From the human T2T-CHM13v2.0 reference genome, Homo sapiens: a stretch of 64,000 nucleotides of DNA. The stretch lies in NCBI RefSeq assembly GCF_009914755.1, contig NC_060933.1; one strand, given 5' to 3'. The notes below the pieces were generated by a model that was not told the DNA's origin, ran no database searches, and saw only the letters and a list, made by a program, of their open reading frames with translations. A program made the position numbers and the translations under genes. Below are positions 19,984 to 40,899 of this stretch, in pieces. The number at the start of each line of letters is the position of its first letter. Positions within the stretch are counted from its first letter, which is position 1.

Positions 19984-20335
19984 TGTCTTAGTCATTTCCG
20001 GCTGCTGTAACAACATACCATAAACATGGTGGCTTATAAACAACAGAGATGTATTTCTCACAGTTCTGAAGGCTGGGAAATCCAAGATCAAAGCGCTAGC
20101 AGATTTGGTGGCCATGAGCCATTTCCTAGCTCATAGATGGCCATCTTTCTGCTGTGTCCTCACGTGGCACTAGGGGCAAAAGAGCTCTTTGAGGCCTTTT
20201 GTGTAAGAGCACGAATCCCATTCATGAGGGTTCTACCCTCATGACCTGATCACCTCCCAAAGGACCTACCTTCAAACACCATCACATGGTTTCAACACAT
20301 GATTTTTGGGTGGCATGAACATTCAGTCCATAGCA
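19984..20335 (-). mobile_element. MaLR solo LTR (MLT1A-like)
   Basis: tgtcttagtc...tttctcacagttctgaaggctgggaaatccaagatcaa...cattcagtccatagca. Near-perfect 5-bp TSD cctgt/cctgg. Confidence 0.85.
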
Positions 20336-20768
20336 CCTGGTTAAACAGGCATTTTTTTGTTTTTAATGACAGTGCTTCTAAAAGTCCTGCCTCTTAAAGG
20401 GACTTTATGTGGGTGGCATTTTACAAGTTTGAGCATGGGCCCTTTAAGAGACACTAACATTTTGAAATATGCAGCATTCCAAGGCAAATGCTGCTCTAGA
20501 CACATACCCAGTTCTTTCTAGATGATTGCAATAGCTGAGACCAAGGTCCTGCAGAAACAGTACCGAGGGTAGGAACTAAATCTATGGGGAGTTGAAATGA
20601 GACTGGCTTAGGGAGGTGGGAGTCCTCATAGAAACTTCCTAGGGGCTGTACTTTGGTTAAGCTTCATAACCATGCATTGGGTGGCTTCATTCTCTCCTCT
20701 CTTTTCCTGCCGTGCCTAGGACTGAAGCACAGTTATAGAATTAACCCTTTAATTCTTTGCTTTCGAAG

Positions 20769-20868
20769 GTATGATCTAATGAGACAATGCTGGCGGGAGA
20801 AGCCTTATGAGAGGCCATCATTTGCCCAGATATTGGTGTCCTTAAACAGAATGTTAGAGGAGCGAAAG
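20769..20868 (+). CDS. TEK: TEK exon 22
   Basis: ttcgaag|GTATGAT...CGAAAG|gtaagt, 100 bp. Translates [33 protein letters not shown]. Confidence 0.97.
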
Positions 20869-21636
20869 GTAAGTATTAAAGTCAGGCAGGAGATCTTTAA
20901 TTGGAATACCTGATGTGCCCAGGGTGGTTCATAAAAAACATTGAAATAATTGAAGAAGTTCTTCTTGGCATGGCCCTAAGTATTATAGAAACAAAGGATG
21001 TCCCTCCACCCCCGCGACTTTGAAGAAGTTACAATTTTGGGGGGAAATAAGATTTCTATACAAGATACAGTCACGTACACACTAGAATAACATACAGAAT
21101 TAGCCTATTAGAGTTGGAAGGAATTTTCGTCATATAGCCTGACCCTTTAATTTTATAGATGAAGAAACAGACTCAGAAGTGGGTGACTTGACCAAGGACA
21201 CACAGCAAGTAGACAACAGAGCCTGACCTGCAGGTTACTATAATGAGGGTCAGGAACTCCATAAAAATTTCTAGAAGTAAGTTGGCTGTACCGATCTGGG
21301 AGTCAAAATAAAAGTAAATACAGTTTAAAGAAATAGTCATCAAAACCCAAGTGGTAATTCAACTAGAGATGCAGGTGAGATCACACAGATGTGAAAATGA
21401 GATTCAGACAGAGGAAGGAACCCAGAAGAAGGAACCCTAGGGAAGCTGAACACATTAGGAGGTACCAATAAGACACTGTGAGAAAGGCAAGCTCAGAAAC
21501 TGAGGATACAGTATGAAATCTTACTTGCAGAACGCAAGGGGATGCATTTTAGGAAGAAAGTCATCAAATACAACAGAGGGACTGAGGACAGAAAAGTATC
21601 CCCCAAGTGCTTAGTATATGAGTTGCAACAAACTAA

Positions 21637-21795
<159 letters not shown>

Positions 21796-22156
21796 GACAG
21801 AACATCTGTATACCCTCTGTTTCCCTTTCACTGGCATGGGAGACCCTTGACACCTGCTGAGAAAACATGCCTCTGCCAAAGGATGTGATATATAAGTGTA
21901 CATATGTGCTGTACACCTGGGACCTTCACCACTGTAGATCCCATGCATGGATCTATGTAGTATGCTCTGACTCTAATAGGACTGTATATACTGTTTTAAG
22001 AATGGGCTGAAATCAGAATGCCTGTTTGTGGTTTCATATGCAATAATATATTTTTTTAAAAATGTGGACTTCATAGGAAGGCGTGAGTACAATTAGTATA
22101 ATGCATAACTCATTGTTGTCCTAGATATTTTGATATTTACCTTTATGTTGAATGCT

Positions 22157-22198
22157 ATTAAATGTTTTCCTGTGTCAAAGTAAAATATTGTTAATAAA
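22157..22198 (+). terminator. TEK: Candidate proximal poly(A) signals of TEK
   Basis: ATTAAA at 22157-22162 and AATAAA at 22193-22198. Confidence 0.45.
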
Positions 22199-22707
22199 CC
22201 TAACAATGACCCTGATAGTACAGGTTAAGTGAGAGAACTATATGAATTCTAACAAGTCATAGGTTAATATTTAAGACACTGAAAAATCTAAGTGATATAA
22301 ATCAGATTCTTCTCTCAATTTTATCCCTCACCTGTAGCAGCCAGTCCCGTTTCATTTAGTCATGTGACCACTCTGTCTTGTGTTTCCACAGCCTGCAAGT
22401 CAGTCCAGGATGCTAACATCTAAAAATAGACTTAAATCTCATTGCTTACAAGCCTAAGAATCTTTAGAGAAGTATACATAAGTTTAGGATAAAATAATGG
22501 GATTTTCTTTTCTTTTCTCTGGTAATATTGACTTGTATATTTTAAGAAATAACAGAAAGCCTGGGTGACATTTGGGAGACATGTGACATTTATATATTGA
22601 ATTAATATCCCTACATGTATTGCACATTGTAAAAAGTTTTAGTTTTGATGAGTTGTGAGTTTACCTTGTATACTGTAGGCACACTTTGCACTGATATATC
22701 ATGAGTG

Positions 22708-22713
22708 AATAAA
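22708..22713 (+). terminator. TEK: Distal polyadenylation signal of TEK
   Basis: AATAAA with upstream TGTA motifs and downstream gagtgtgtct. Confidence 0.8.
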
Positions 22714-23096
22714 TGTCTTGCCTACTCACGTCTCATCCAGGAGTGTGTCTCATAGCTATTGCCACATGTCCTTATTATACTTTAAAGAAAAATCGTTTAA
22801 ATTATCCATCCCTAGCACCTAGAGTAGTGCGAGTATACTCCACCAGTTACGGAATCTGAAGCTCATCAGATTGAAAAGGTCTCCTAGAAGTGTTCTACTG
22901 CTTATTTCTTTTTCTTGCAACAGGCAGTACACCTTTGGGAGTGTTCCAGTGTGAACCAAGGGCTTAGAATTGGAATTCCTTTTAATTGTGTTACAATGTT
23001 AAATAAAGTCCTCACACAATGTCATTGATAGGTTTGTGGAAACTGCAGTACTATGTAGTGAAACCAATTTTACCATAGAGTAACTCATAGAAACGA

Positions 23097-24640
23097 GATG
23101 CTATCCCCATCAAGCTACCATTGACTTTCTTCATAGAACTGGAAAAAACTACTTTAAATTTCATATGGAACCAAAAAAGAGCCCACATAGCCAAGACAAT
23201 CCTAAGCAAAAAGAACAAAATTGGAGGTATCAGGCTACCTGACTTCAAACTATACTACAAGGCTACAGTAACCAAAACAGCATGGTACTGGTACCAAAAC
23301 AGATATATAGACCAATGGAACAGAACAGAGGCCTCAGGAATGACACCACACATCTACAACCATCTGATCTTTGACAAACCTGACAAAAGCAATGGGGAAA
23401 TGATTCCCTATTTAATAAATGGTGTTAGGAAAACTGGCTAGCCATATGCAGAAAACTGGATCCCTTCCTTATACCTTATACAAAAATTAACTCAAGATGG
23501 ATTAAAGACTTAAACGTAAGATCTAAAACCATAAAAGCCCTAGAAGAAAACCTGGGCAATACCATTCAGGACATAGGCATGGGCAAAGACTTCATGACTA
23601 AAACACCAAATGCAATGGCAACAAAAGCCAAAATTGACAAATGGGATCTAATCAAACGAAAGAGCTTCTGCACAGCAAAAGAAACTACCATCAGAGTGAA
23701 TAGGCAACCTACAGAATGGGAGAAAATTTTTGCAATCTAGCCATCTGACAAAGGGCTAATATCCAGAATCTACAAAGAACGTAAACAAATTTACAAGAAA
23801 AAACAACCCCATCAAAAAGTGGGCAAAGGATATGAACAGACACTTCTCAAAAGAAGACATTTATGCAGCCAACAAACACGAAAAAAAAAGCACATCGTCA
23901 CTGGTCATGAGAGAAATGCAAATCAAAACCACAATGAGATACCATCTCATGCCAGTTAGAATGGTGATCATTAAAAAGTCAGGAAACAGCAGATGCTGGA
24001 AAGGATATGGATAAATAGGAATGCTTTTACACTGCTGCTGAAAGTGTAAATTAGTTCAACCATTGTGGAAGACAGTGTGGCGATTCCTCAAGGATCTAGA
24101 ACCAGAAATACCATTTGACCCAGCAATCCCATTACTGGGTATATACCCAAAGGATTATAAATCATTCTACTATAAAGACACATGCACACGTATGTTTATT
24201 GCAGCACTGTTCACAATAGCAAAGACTTGGAACCAACCCAAATGCTCATCAATAATTGACTGGATAAAAAAAAATGTGGCACATACACACCATGGAACCC
24301 TATGCAGTCATAAAAAAGGATGAGTTCATGTCCTTCTTAGGGACATGGATGCAGCTGGAAACCATCATTCTCAGCAAACCAACACAAGAACAGAAAACCA
24401 AACACCACATGTTCTCACTCATAAGTGGGAGTTGAACAGTGAGAACACATGGACATGGGGGGATGTGGGGGAGGTGGGCATCACGCAGCGGGGCCTCTTG
24501 AGGAGGGCTAGCATTAGGAGAAGTACCTAATGTAGATGGCAGATTGATGGGTGCAGCAAACCGCCATGGCACGTGTATACCTATGTAACAAACCGGCACG
24601 TTCTGCACATGTACCCCAGAGCTTAAAGTATAATAAAGAA
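23097..24640 (+). mobile_element. 5'-truncated L1PA (ORF2 3' part and 3'UTR)
   Basis: ORF2 peptides [18 protein letters not shown]..., CTRMFIAALF, followed by 3'UTR and A tail. Confidence 0.93.
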
Positions 24641-25199
24641 AGAGACAAGAGTTAAGTGTCTGTAGCATACAGTACATTATTTCACTTAAGTCAGTTTCCA
24701 AGAACCTATTGAGAACATTGAGGACATATTGTAGTTCTACATGCTGCACAAACTTTACATATTCTTATGTATTCAGGAATTACAACTAGGCAACTGAATT
24801 CATCCTGAACACTCTTTATTCCCAACAGCATATTCAAGCAAAGACACAGAGCAAAATAAAGGCTGCTCACATAACACTTAACTAAATGGAAACATGAATG
24901 AAAAGCCACTGAAATATCGGTCTAGCATGTCTTCACCAAGAGGGCATACTAGGAGATACCAGTCTTTATCTTCCCACAAAAAAAAAGAATAGATAAATAA
25001 ACACAGACAACTATTCACATACCAAAACAACCCAGAGGGAGTGCAAGGGCCCATTATAGGATATGCAGCAATACAGTGGAGCACAATAATGGAGAATAAT
25101 CACACAGAAAGGATTGTGATCAGCATATTTAATACACCAGGAGATGTCTAGGAACAAAGGTGGAGGCCTTGGTATGAGCCACACAGCAGAACTACTGTG

Positions 25200-28100
25200 G
25201 TCACAGTGACCTGCTTTACAGAGGATACCAGCATCTCCTGCCACTGAGGTATCAGATAGTCATTCCCACTGGAGAACCTTAGAAAAGGAAATGCACATCC
25301 CTAAAAACCCCTACCCCCAGAAGTGGTTGCTGTTGAGACACTTTAAGAAAGGAGCCACCATTTCTTCTAACCCTGTACATACCTCAATCTTGGGGCTGCA
25401 GCCACTTCATAAGAGCCCACAAGCTCCAGTCTCAGGCTCTGTGGCTGCATTGGGCCCACCCTCGTCTCAGACACTGTAGCGACTGCCATAGTGAGCTAGT
25501 TTGTACCCTGGGCCCTAGAGTCCATACTCTACACACCAGTTCAGCCGCATGGATAACTAGGCTCCATCCTAACCCTAGAGCCATGCTAACTCTGTGTATA
25601 CCTGTGCTTCCATTCTTGGTTCCCTGGCTACTTCACAAGCATTTGTAGCCCAAAGCTGCTACCAACATGACAGACAGGGTGCTTGTGCCTCAAGCCAACA
25701 GCTCAGTCACCATAGAGAATGAGGCCCTGCCCTGACTCTGGAGCTTCTCTAACACTGTGCGTGTCTGTGCTCCCATTCTTGTCTCTACCAGCCGCTCCAG
25801 AGCATCTGTGGCTTGCATACTGTTACTGTAGGAGCGTTGCTTGTGCCCCAGGCACCAGTGCCATTAATTCCCAGATCTCATAGCAACAGACTCTCCACAT
25901 GTTCTCATGTTTCAGGCCTCAGCTCCATGGCTGTTCCACAGGTACCACTCAAATACTGGTACTGTCACTACTGCAAGACAGCCCATAAACCAGACCCAGT
26001 GCCAAGACATACCCTTTCAGCTATAACTTCCCTAGTGGGAGAAAAGAGATCAGGAGGATCTCCTCAGCCATTGTCTCTGAAGACCCCAACAACCCTTGCT
26101 GGCACTGTGGACATCCACCGTGTTGACCACTGAGGAGGCCTGCCACCTTTGTCAACACCAACCTCTGCTGACAGAACTGGTGCCAGAACTACTGCACCAC
26201 AGTCAGCAAATGGTCTGATATTCCATGGAGAGGAAGGTCTTTCCACAGTGAAACTAGCCCATGAGTTTTGCAAATGTGACTGTTCCACCAAATGCACAGG
26301 TATCAACATAAGCAACAAGAAACATAAAAAGAAAAAAAAAAAAAAACAGACACAACACCACCAAAAGAGCACAATAATCTAGTAGCTAACCCCAAAGAAA
26401 TATACAAACTGCCTGATAAAGAATTCAAAAGAATTGTTTTAAGAAAGCTCAGCAAACTTCAAAAGTGTTCAGAGAAATGATTCAATAAAGTCATGGAAAC
26501 AGTAAACAATCAAAATGAGAAATTTAACAGATTGAAATTATATTTTAAAACCCCAACATTCTGGAGCTGAAAAATAAATGAAATGAAAAATGCAATAGAC
26601 AACAACAACAGAATTGATGCAGCAAAAGAATTTGAATTCAAATAAATATGTGATTTGAAAATATGTAGTCATGGGGTTGGGGGGAAGGATGAAAAGTAAT
26701 GAAGAATGCATATGGAATTTGTGAGACAGCATCAAAAGAGCACATGTTTGAGATATAAGAGTTCAAGAAGGAGAAGAGACAGAAAGGGGTAGAAAGCTTA
26801 TTTAAGAAATAAACAGCATAACACTTTCCAAATTTGGGGAAGATAAATATTTAGGTACAGGAACGTCAGAAGTCTCCAAGCAGATTCAATCCAAATAATA
26901 TTTACAGCAAGATATATTATAATCAAATTGTCAAAAAACAAAGAGGATCCTGAAAGCAGCAAGGAAAAAGAAGATTAACATATGTAACGGAGTTCCAATA
27001 AGACTAGCAGCCAATTTCTTAGCAGAAATGTTACAGGCCAGGAGAGAGTGGAATGATATAGTCAAAGTTCTGAAGAGAAAATAATGTCAACCAAGAATCC
27101 TGTATCCGGTAAGGCTGTCCTTCAGAAATGAAGAAATAAAGACTTTCCCAGACAAAAGCTGAGGGATTTCATTACCACTACATCTGACTTATAAGAAATG
27201 CTAAAGAGAGTTCAAGCTGAATGAAAAGGCTGCTAAATTAATAGCATGAAAATATGAAAGTCATTGGCAAAAGTTAAAACACAAATTCAGAATAATACTG
27301 TAATTGTGGTGTGTAAATCACTATCTTTAGGACGAATGTTAAAATGGAAAACTATCACAAATAACAGCTACAATGATTTGTTAAGGGATATGCAATATAA
27401 AAAATATAAATTATGACATCAAAAAATGTTGGGGGTGGAAGAATAGTTACTTTATTCAATCAAAATTAAGTTGTTATCAGCTTAAAGTAGTCTATTATAA
27501 CTGTAAGATTTTTATATAAGCCTCCAGGTAACCACCAGCAAAAATCTACACAGGATACACAAAAGATAAAAAAGTAAGAAATCAAAGCACATACCACTAG
27601 AGAAAATCATCTTAAGGAAAAAAGGAAAAAGATCTACACAACAAAGAGAAAACAATTAACAAAATGGCAATAGTAAGTCCTTACATGTCAATAATTACCT
27701 TGAATGTAAATGTTAAATTCTCCAATTAAAAATCATAGATTGGCTGAATAAAAAAATAAGACCCAATTATGTGCTGCCTACAGAGACTCACTTCACTTTT
27801 AAAGATACACACAGAATAAGAGTATAAGGATAGAAAAAGGTATTCTGTCCAAATAGAAACGAGAAGAGAACAGGAGTGTCTCTATTATATAAAATAGATT
27901 TTATGCCAAAAACTGTGAAACGAGACAAACAAGGTCATTATATAATAAAAAGAGCAATTTATCAAGTAGATACAGTAACTGTAAATATGTATGCATCTAA
28001 TGTCAGAGCATCTTAAATACATAAAGCAAATGTTAATAGATCTGAATAGATAGAAATATTACAGAAATAAGAAAAATCATAAGTGACTAATATGAACAAC

Positions 28101-30955
28101 TATATGACAACAAATAATCTAGAAGAAATTGACACATTTCTAGATACATACCACCTACCACGACTGAATCATTAATAGATAGAAAACCTGAGCAGACCAA
28201 TAACCAGTAAGAAGATTATGAGTCAGTAATAAATCTTCCATGAAAGAAAAGCCTAGCACCTGATGCCTTCACTGGTGAATTCTATCAAACATTTAGGGAA
28301 GAAATAATACCAATTCTTCTCAAACTCTTTCAAAAAAAACTGAAAAGGAAGGAAAACTTCCAAGTTCATTTCATGATGCCAAAGCCAGACAAGGACACTA
28401 CAAGAAAAGAAAATTATAGGCTAATATCCCTGGTGAACACAGATGCAAAAATCTTCAACAAAAAACTAGCAAACCAAATTCAACAGCTCATTAAAAGCAT
28501 GATTCACCATAATTAAGTGCAATTTATCCCTAGGTTGCAAGGATGGGTCAATATATGCAAATCAATAAATGTGACACATGGCATTAACAGAAAGAAGTGC
28601 AAAAACCATATGATCATCTCAATACATGTAGAAAAGCCATGTAACAAAATCTCTTCATGATAAAAATTCTCAACAAAATTGGTATAAAAAGGAATGTACC
28701 TTAACCCAGTAAACACCATATAGGACAGTCCCCTAGCTAACATTATACTCAATGGTGAAAAGTTGAAAATTTTTCCTCTAAGATCAGGAACAAGAAAAGG
28801 ATGCCCACTCTTGCTACTTCTATTGAACCTAATACTAGGAGTCCTAGCCAAAGCAATTAAGCAAGAGAAAGAAAGAAAAGGTATCCAGTTCTGAAAGGAA
28901 GAAGTTAAATTGTCTCTGTTTGCAGACAACATGATCTTATATAATGAAAACTCTAAAGACTCTACCAAAAAACCCTGTTAGTGTAAATAAACTCAGTAAA
29001 GCTGCAAGATACAAAAATCAACCTACAAAAACCAGTAGTGTATCTATTAACAACAAGCTATCTGAAAAAGAAATAAAACTCCATTTACAATAGTTACTAA
29101 AAACTAAATAGGAATAAGTTTAACCCAAAAGGTAAAAGATCTGTACAATGAAAACCATAAAACATTGATGAAAGAAATCAAAGAAGACACAAATAAATGA
29201 AATAATTTTCCACATTCGCAGACTGTAAGAATTAATATTGTTAACATGTTCATACTACCCAGTGTGATCCATAGATTCAATACTTATCAAAATTCTAATG
29301 GCATTTTTCACAGAAATAGAAAAGACAACCATAACGTTTGTATGGAACCACAAAAGATCCCAAATACCCAATGAAATCTTGAGCAAGAGGACAAATCTGG
29401 AGGCATCTAGTTGATTTCAACATCTACTACAAAGCTATAGTCATCAAAGCAGTATGGTACTGACATAAAAACAGACGTATGAACCAATGGAACAACATAG
29501 AGAGTCCAGAAATAAATCTACACATTTGTGGTCAATTTTTAACAAAATGCCAAGAACACACAATGGGGAAACAATAGTTTCTTCAATAAACTGTGCTAGG
29601 AAAACTGGATATTCATATGCAGAAGAATGAAATTACCCCCCCATTTCACACCACGTACAAAATCAACTCAAAATGGATGGAAGACTTAAATGTAAGACTA
29701 GAAACTGTAAAACTACTAGAAGTAGTTCTAGGGGTACTAAGGTAATCACCGGGGTAAACTCCATGACATTGGTCTGAGCAGATTTTTGGGATATGACCCT
29801 AAAAACACAGGCAATGAAAAACCAGACAAATGGGATTCCATCAAACTAAAAAGCTTCTTCACAGCAAAGGAAACAATCAACAAAGTGAAGAGACAGCCTA
29901 CAAAATGGGAGAATATATTTGCAAACCATCCATCTGATAAGAGTTGATACTCAAAATACATAAGGAACGCAAACAACTCAATAGTAAGAAAACAAATAAT
30001 TGAAAAAATAGAGAAAGGGCCTGAATAAATCATTTCACAAAATAAGATATACGTATGACCAACAGGCATATGAAGAAAATGCTCAACATCACTAATAATC
30101 GGAATAATGCAAATTAAAACCACAATGAGTTCTCACCTCACATTTGTTAGACGGGCTATTAACAAAAAGAACGATAACAAGTGTTAATGAGGATGTGTAA
30201 AAAAGGGAATCCTTGCACACCGTTGGTGGGAATGTAAATTAGTATAGCCATTATGGAAAACAGGATGGCAGTTTCTCAATAAGTTAAAAATAGAACTACT
30301 ATATGATCCAGCAATTCCACTACTTGATATATATTCAAAGGATATTACATCAGTATATCAAAGAAATGTCTATACGCTCATGTTCGCTGCATTATTCACA
30401 ATAGCCAAGATATGGAATCAACCTAGGTGTCCATCAGTGAATGAATGGATAAAGAAAATGTTGTATATATACACAATGGAATACTATTCAGCCTTTAAAA
30501 AAAAGGAAATCCTGTCATTTGTGACATGAATGAAGTTGGAGGACATTATATTAAGTAAGGTAAGCCAGGAGAAAAAAGATGCATACTGCAGTATCTCATG
30601 CACTTGAGAAGTGTAAAACAGTCAAACCACAGAAACAGAGAGTAAAGTGGTGGTTACCAGAGACTGGGGGTGAGGGCCACTGGAGATGTTGGTCAAAGGA
30701 CACAAAATTTCAGTTAGACTGAAGGAATAAGATTAGGAGAGCTATTGTATATCATGGTGACTACAGTTAATAATAATATATTGTATACATGAAAATTGCT
30801 AGGAGAGTAGATTTTAAGTGTTCTCACCACAAAAAAATATGTGAGGTAATGCAAATGTTAAATAAATTTAGTTATTCTACAATGTACATATGTATATCAA
30901 AATATCACATTGTTCACCATAAATATACAATTTTTTTACTTTTCAGTTAAAAAAT
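25200..30955 (+). mobile_element. Old near-full-length L1 (L1MA-type) with an internal ORF2 deletion
   Basis: Degenerate ORF1 at about 26380-27230 and ORF2 at about 27660-30600, with a jump near 28050. L1MA-type 3'UTR. 5' boundary uncertain. Confidence 0.8.
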
Positions 30956-30961
30956 ATAGGT

Positions 30962-31368
<407 letters not shown>

Positions 31369-31931
31369 AGGAAAGAACTAACCCCCTAAAGAGATTAGAC
31401 AATTCAGGTACTGGGGATATAGTCTAGAACTTCCTGTGTTTAGAAGATCCATATTAGACGGCCTTAAATAATCAGTGAGTTGTTATGAATTAAAAATCAA
31501 GTAACTGCACAAGTTAGAATAAAAACACATTACACAATAGCCAAATGACCAAAACCTTTATGTCAACAGAGTGCACTGAGAAGTTTACATTTACTTCCAT
31601 ATATTTTGTGAGGGGGAGAAAAATCTCAACTTCTATTTATGGATACGAGAGCTAAAGAAATCTGTTATAATTTTGTTAGGTAAAGATGTTTTTAACTTCA
31701 AGAAGTATGATGGTTTCAGGTATCTCAGAGGAAAAAGAAATGGAGGTAACCTGAGAAATGATCCTCATGAAAGTCACAGACTCATTGCTTCAAATCTAAA
31801 CCATCTTCCACTACTTTGAAGATGAGCTGAAAATTCAAACCAACTTTATTTCTCTTTGTCCTGTTCACCTGGCTCAGTCCCAATTTTAGAAATTACTGTG
31901 GAAATGTAACCTTTAAAAATATAGTAAGTCA

Positions 31932-38076
<6,145 letters not shown>

Positions 38077-38240
38077 AAAAATGTAGTAACTCAACCTCAA
38101 CAGCGCTTTTCCTCTTCTTCTCTTTGAAAGTGTCCAGAAACCCCATACCATCATCGACCAAACTCTACTGCCAGTAGTAGGGGCCAGAGAAGTCACCGAA
38201 ACAGCAATTCAGAAATTAAAGATGTTCTTGGGCAAGGTGA

Positions 38241-38329
38241 CTACTTCTTTCCTTTCACGTCTTCTTTTACCTTCCAAATGACCAGATCCATGCAGGCTTT
38301 TGCATTTTCACTAGCATTGTGACCTCCAA
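38241..38329 (-). pseudogene. REXO6P: REXO1-like terminal pseudo-exon J (ExoIII motif, native stop; dead acceptor)
   Basis: (V)GGHNASENAKACMDLVIWKVKEDVKGKK* versus recalled REXO1 [29 protein letters not shown]. Acceptor reads ctAT instead of ctAG. Confidence 0.93.
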
Positions 38330-39950
38330 ATAGTACAGAATATTTTTTAAAGTGTTAGACATAAGACAACCATAATCTCTGATGTTACTTACATATTTCT
38401 CAAAATTAAGCCTTCAATTTATGTTTCTAACAAAGTTAACACTGCTCACCTATCGAAATATCATTAATACCTAATACAACCTCCAATGATTGCTTTATAA
38501 ATGTTTTACATGAATGTACTAGATTAACAAACATTGTTCTTTTTCTAGGTAGTCTTTCCTCTGTCACATTATCACTACCTTGCAATGATTGGCTAGCACA
38601 TCGGTACCCTCAGCTGTCTATCTCCTTCCCAGGGAGGTATGAGAAGAAAGTGGAGGGATCACCAAAGCAAGACATCTGGCTAGAAGCCAGAAATGTCGAA
38701 TGGTTAAAAAAAGAAAAAAAAAGTAATCTCTCTAAATAAAAGAACAACTTTAGGCACAAGTTTATATGGTTTTAAAAAGTAGATAAAATTTACCCAAAAC
38801 ATAAAGCTGTATAGTTCTGGTGAGAATAATAAATGATATCTGAGATTGGGTGAGAAAGTCGTATGGTCAATGCTTCTAAAATGGTGTAATAGTTTTCATT
38901 TCTTTACTTGTGTCTTACCCCAAGAAAGCTCTGATATTTTTTTAACTTTTAGAAGATTTTGTTTTAAACAGATTTGTTAACTGAAAGATTATGACCATGG
39001 TTCAAGATTATTTTCAACAGAAGGCCCTACAAATTCTATAATAGAATGTTATGGGAATTCTTTCTGAAATGAGTATTCTTAACAAAGCAGAGGATGTAAA
39101 AGATTCTCTGGAGAGGAGTGTAAGTTCATCATAAAATGAAATCATTTTGTATAATGAATGATATGATCAGAGGAACATCCATATCTCGAGAATCTTTAGA
39201 AACAAAGCAGCGTAATATAATTTTAACATATTTAAAGTTAACTTGCTCTACTGTTTGTACACAGGAAGGGCCTATATGGGCATACATGAATATACAGGTA
39301 TCCTCCATTCCACGCCAGACACTGGTGAAACTGTGCATATAGCAATGCCACGAACAGGTAATTGGTGGCTAGATTTGTTGTACTTGATTAACTTGTTTAA
39401 CATTGGGTATATTTCATCAGAAAAAGCAGAAATAGAAAAATTGGCAGCAAGATATACAAATCTGGTATAAATCAAGTTCACACATAATGACTGAATTTGA
39501 GCCATACCCCCCCCCCCCACCCCACACACACACAAATTTTCTCTTGGTGAGATAACCTGGACCCAATCAAATGTAGAAAGAACCTCTTTTGTTCTAATGA
39601 GAAGCACATATGAAAAGAGGTATACAGCAAGATTTAGAATGGAACAACAAAAGTTCTGTGCATGAATTCAAAGGCCAGACCCAATGATCTGACCACTGTT
39701 CTCAGTGAGATTGCTGTTCTGATTCATGAGGAACACCCAGGACTATACCAGGCAATGGCATATAATGGTTTTTTACACAAGCACAGGCAGATGCTTTAGG
39801 ATTCTCCACCAGAGGAGAGAACCCCCAGAAAAGAACCTGGTCTCCTACCTTAAGCATCTTAGACAGTAGACCTTTATGATGAACCTCACTGTTGTTCAGT
39901 CAAGTCAGACTGAGGGTCTTGACATCAGTCATGAGCAAATGGGCTCTTAC

Positions 39951-40071
39951 CATCATCCTGAACGATTCTCTGCAGGCAATCAGCCATTAGACTCCTAAGG
40001 GGTCTTTTGGGAGGCAAGCCAAGCTGATGAGGAAACATAACCGATATGTCCACAACTGAAGTGTGAATTAA
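39951..40071 (-). pseudogene. REXO6P: REXO1-like pseudo-exon I
   Basis: tgatag|TTA...GATG|gtaaga, 121 bp, open frame. [40 protein letters not shown] versus recalled REXO1 [40 protein letters not shown]. Confidence 0.95.
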
Positions 40072-40199
40072 CTATCAAATAAAAGTAAAAAAAAAAAACA
40101 CCTTTAACTTTCAAATAAAAGTAAAAACTCCAAAATAAGGATGCTGATAGCAGCAATAACTACTTAGGAACAAGGACTATGATACAAGAACAGGCAACA

Positions 40200-40420
40200 G
40201 TCGTGATGTGTCAGTTACTGGACTAAGTATATTGCATAGTTTATCCTGCTGTACTTTGCAGAGTAACCTAATGAGATAGGTATTTTTATTGTCCCTCTTC
40301 ATAGACAAGGAAATTGAAATTTTGAGAGGTTAAAAAACTTGCCTAAACTTACTTAGTAGAGCTGAAGGAAATAAAATCTAAACAGTCTAACTTCAGAGTC
40401 CACACTTTTCTACCATGAGG
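40200..40420 (-). mobile_element. MIR
   Basis: atagacaaggaaattgaaatt...gagaggttaaaaaacttgcctaa core. Confidence 0.6.
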
Positions 40421-40899
40421 AACCACCAGAGGGCAACATCAGGGCAGAGAGGTTCTCACAAGCACTCGGGGAGGCAGAGAACCAGGCTCTGCCCACATTG
40501 TGACTTGGCTGAGAGGGGCACACCCCAGTTCAGTACATGCCATATCGCATTTCAGTGGTTTGCTTATCTGCCTCTGGGGAGAAGGCACACACAACAGCTC
40601 AGGCCTATCTAGTTCCAAATCCCCCATGATTACACATGGAAGAAGCTGAATATGTTTTTACTGAAGTTTGGTGATGTGGAAAATATTATTGATAGAATAG
40701 ATATGGAGGGAGAGGGGTCAGATAATCTAAGGGCTCAGGAAGTCAGGTACGAGTTTGGATTCCTTATTAGGAGAACTGTACTTTGAAAGAAGCATTTAAA
40801 GATTAGCCTGAGAACAAGAGTAATTTGAAGACTAAGAAATGAGGAGTCATAAATTTAAAATTTAGTATCAACTATGCCTTGCCTGACATAACACTTTAA

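Larger units (their letters stand above)
21796..22730 (+). other. TEK: TEK 3'UTR
   Basis: Repeat-free AU-rich sequence after the stop. Ends after AATAAA (22708-22713), which is followed by GT-rich downstream sequence. Cleavage site approximate. Confidence 0.85.

Noticed and set aside
25200-26380. GC-richer stretch with several short ORFs as a separate gene or promoter
   Set aside because: It runs directly into degenerate L1 ORF1 and is best explained as the 5'UTR of the old L1.
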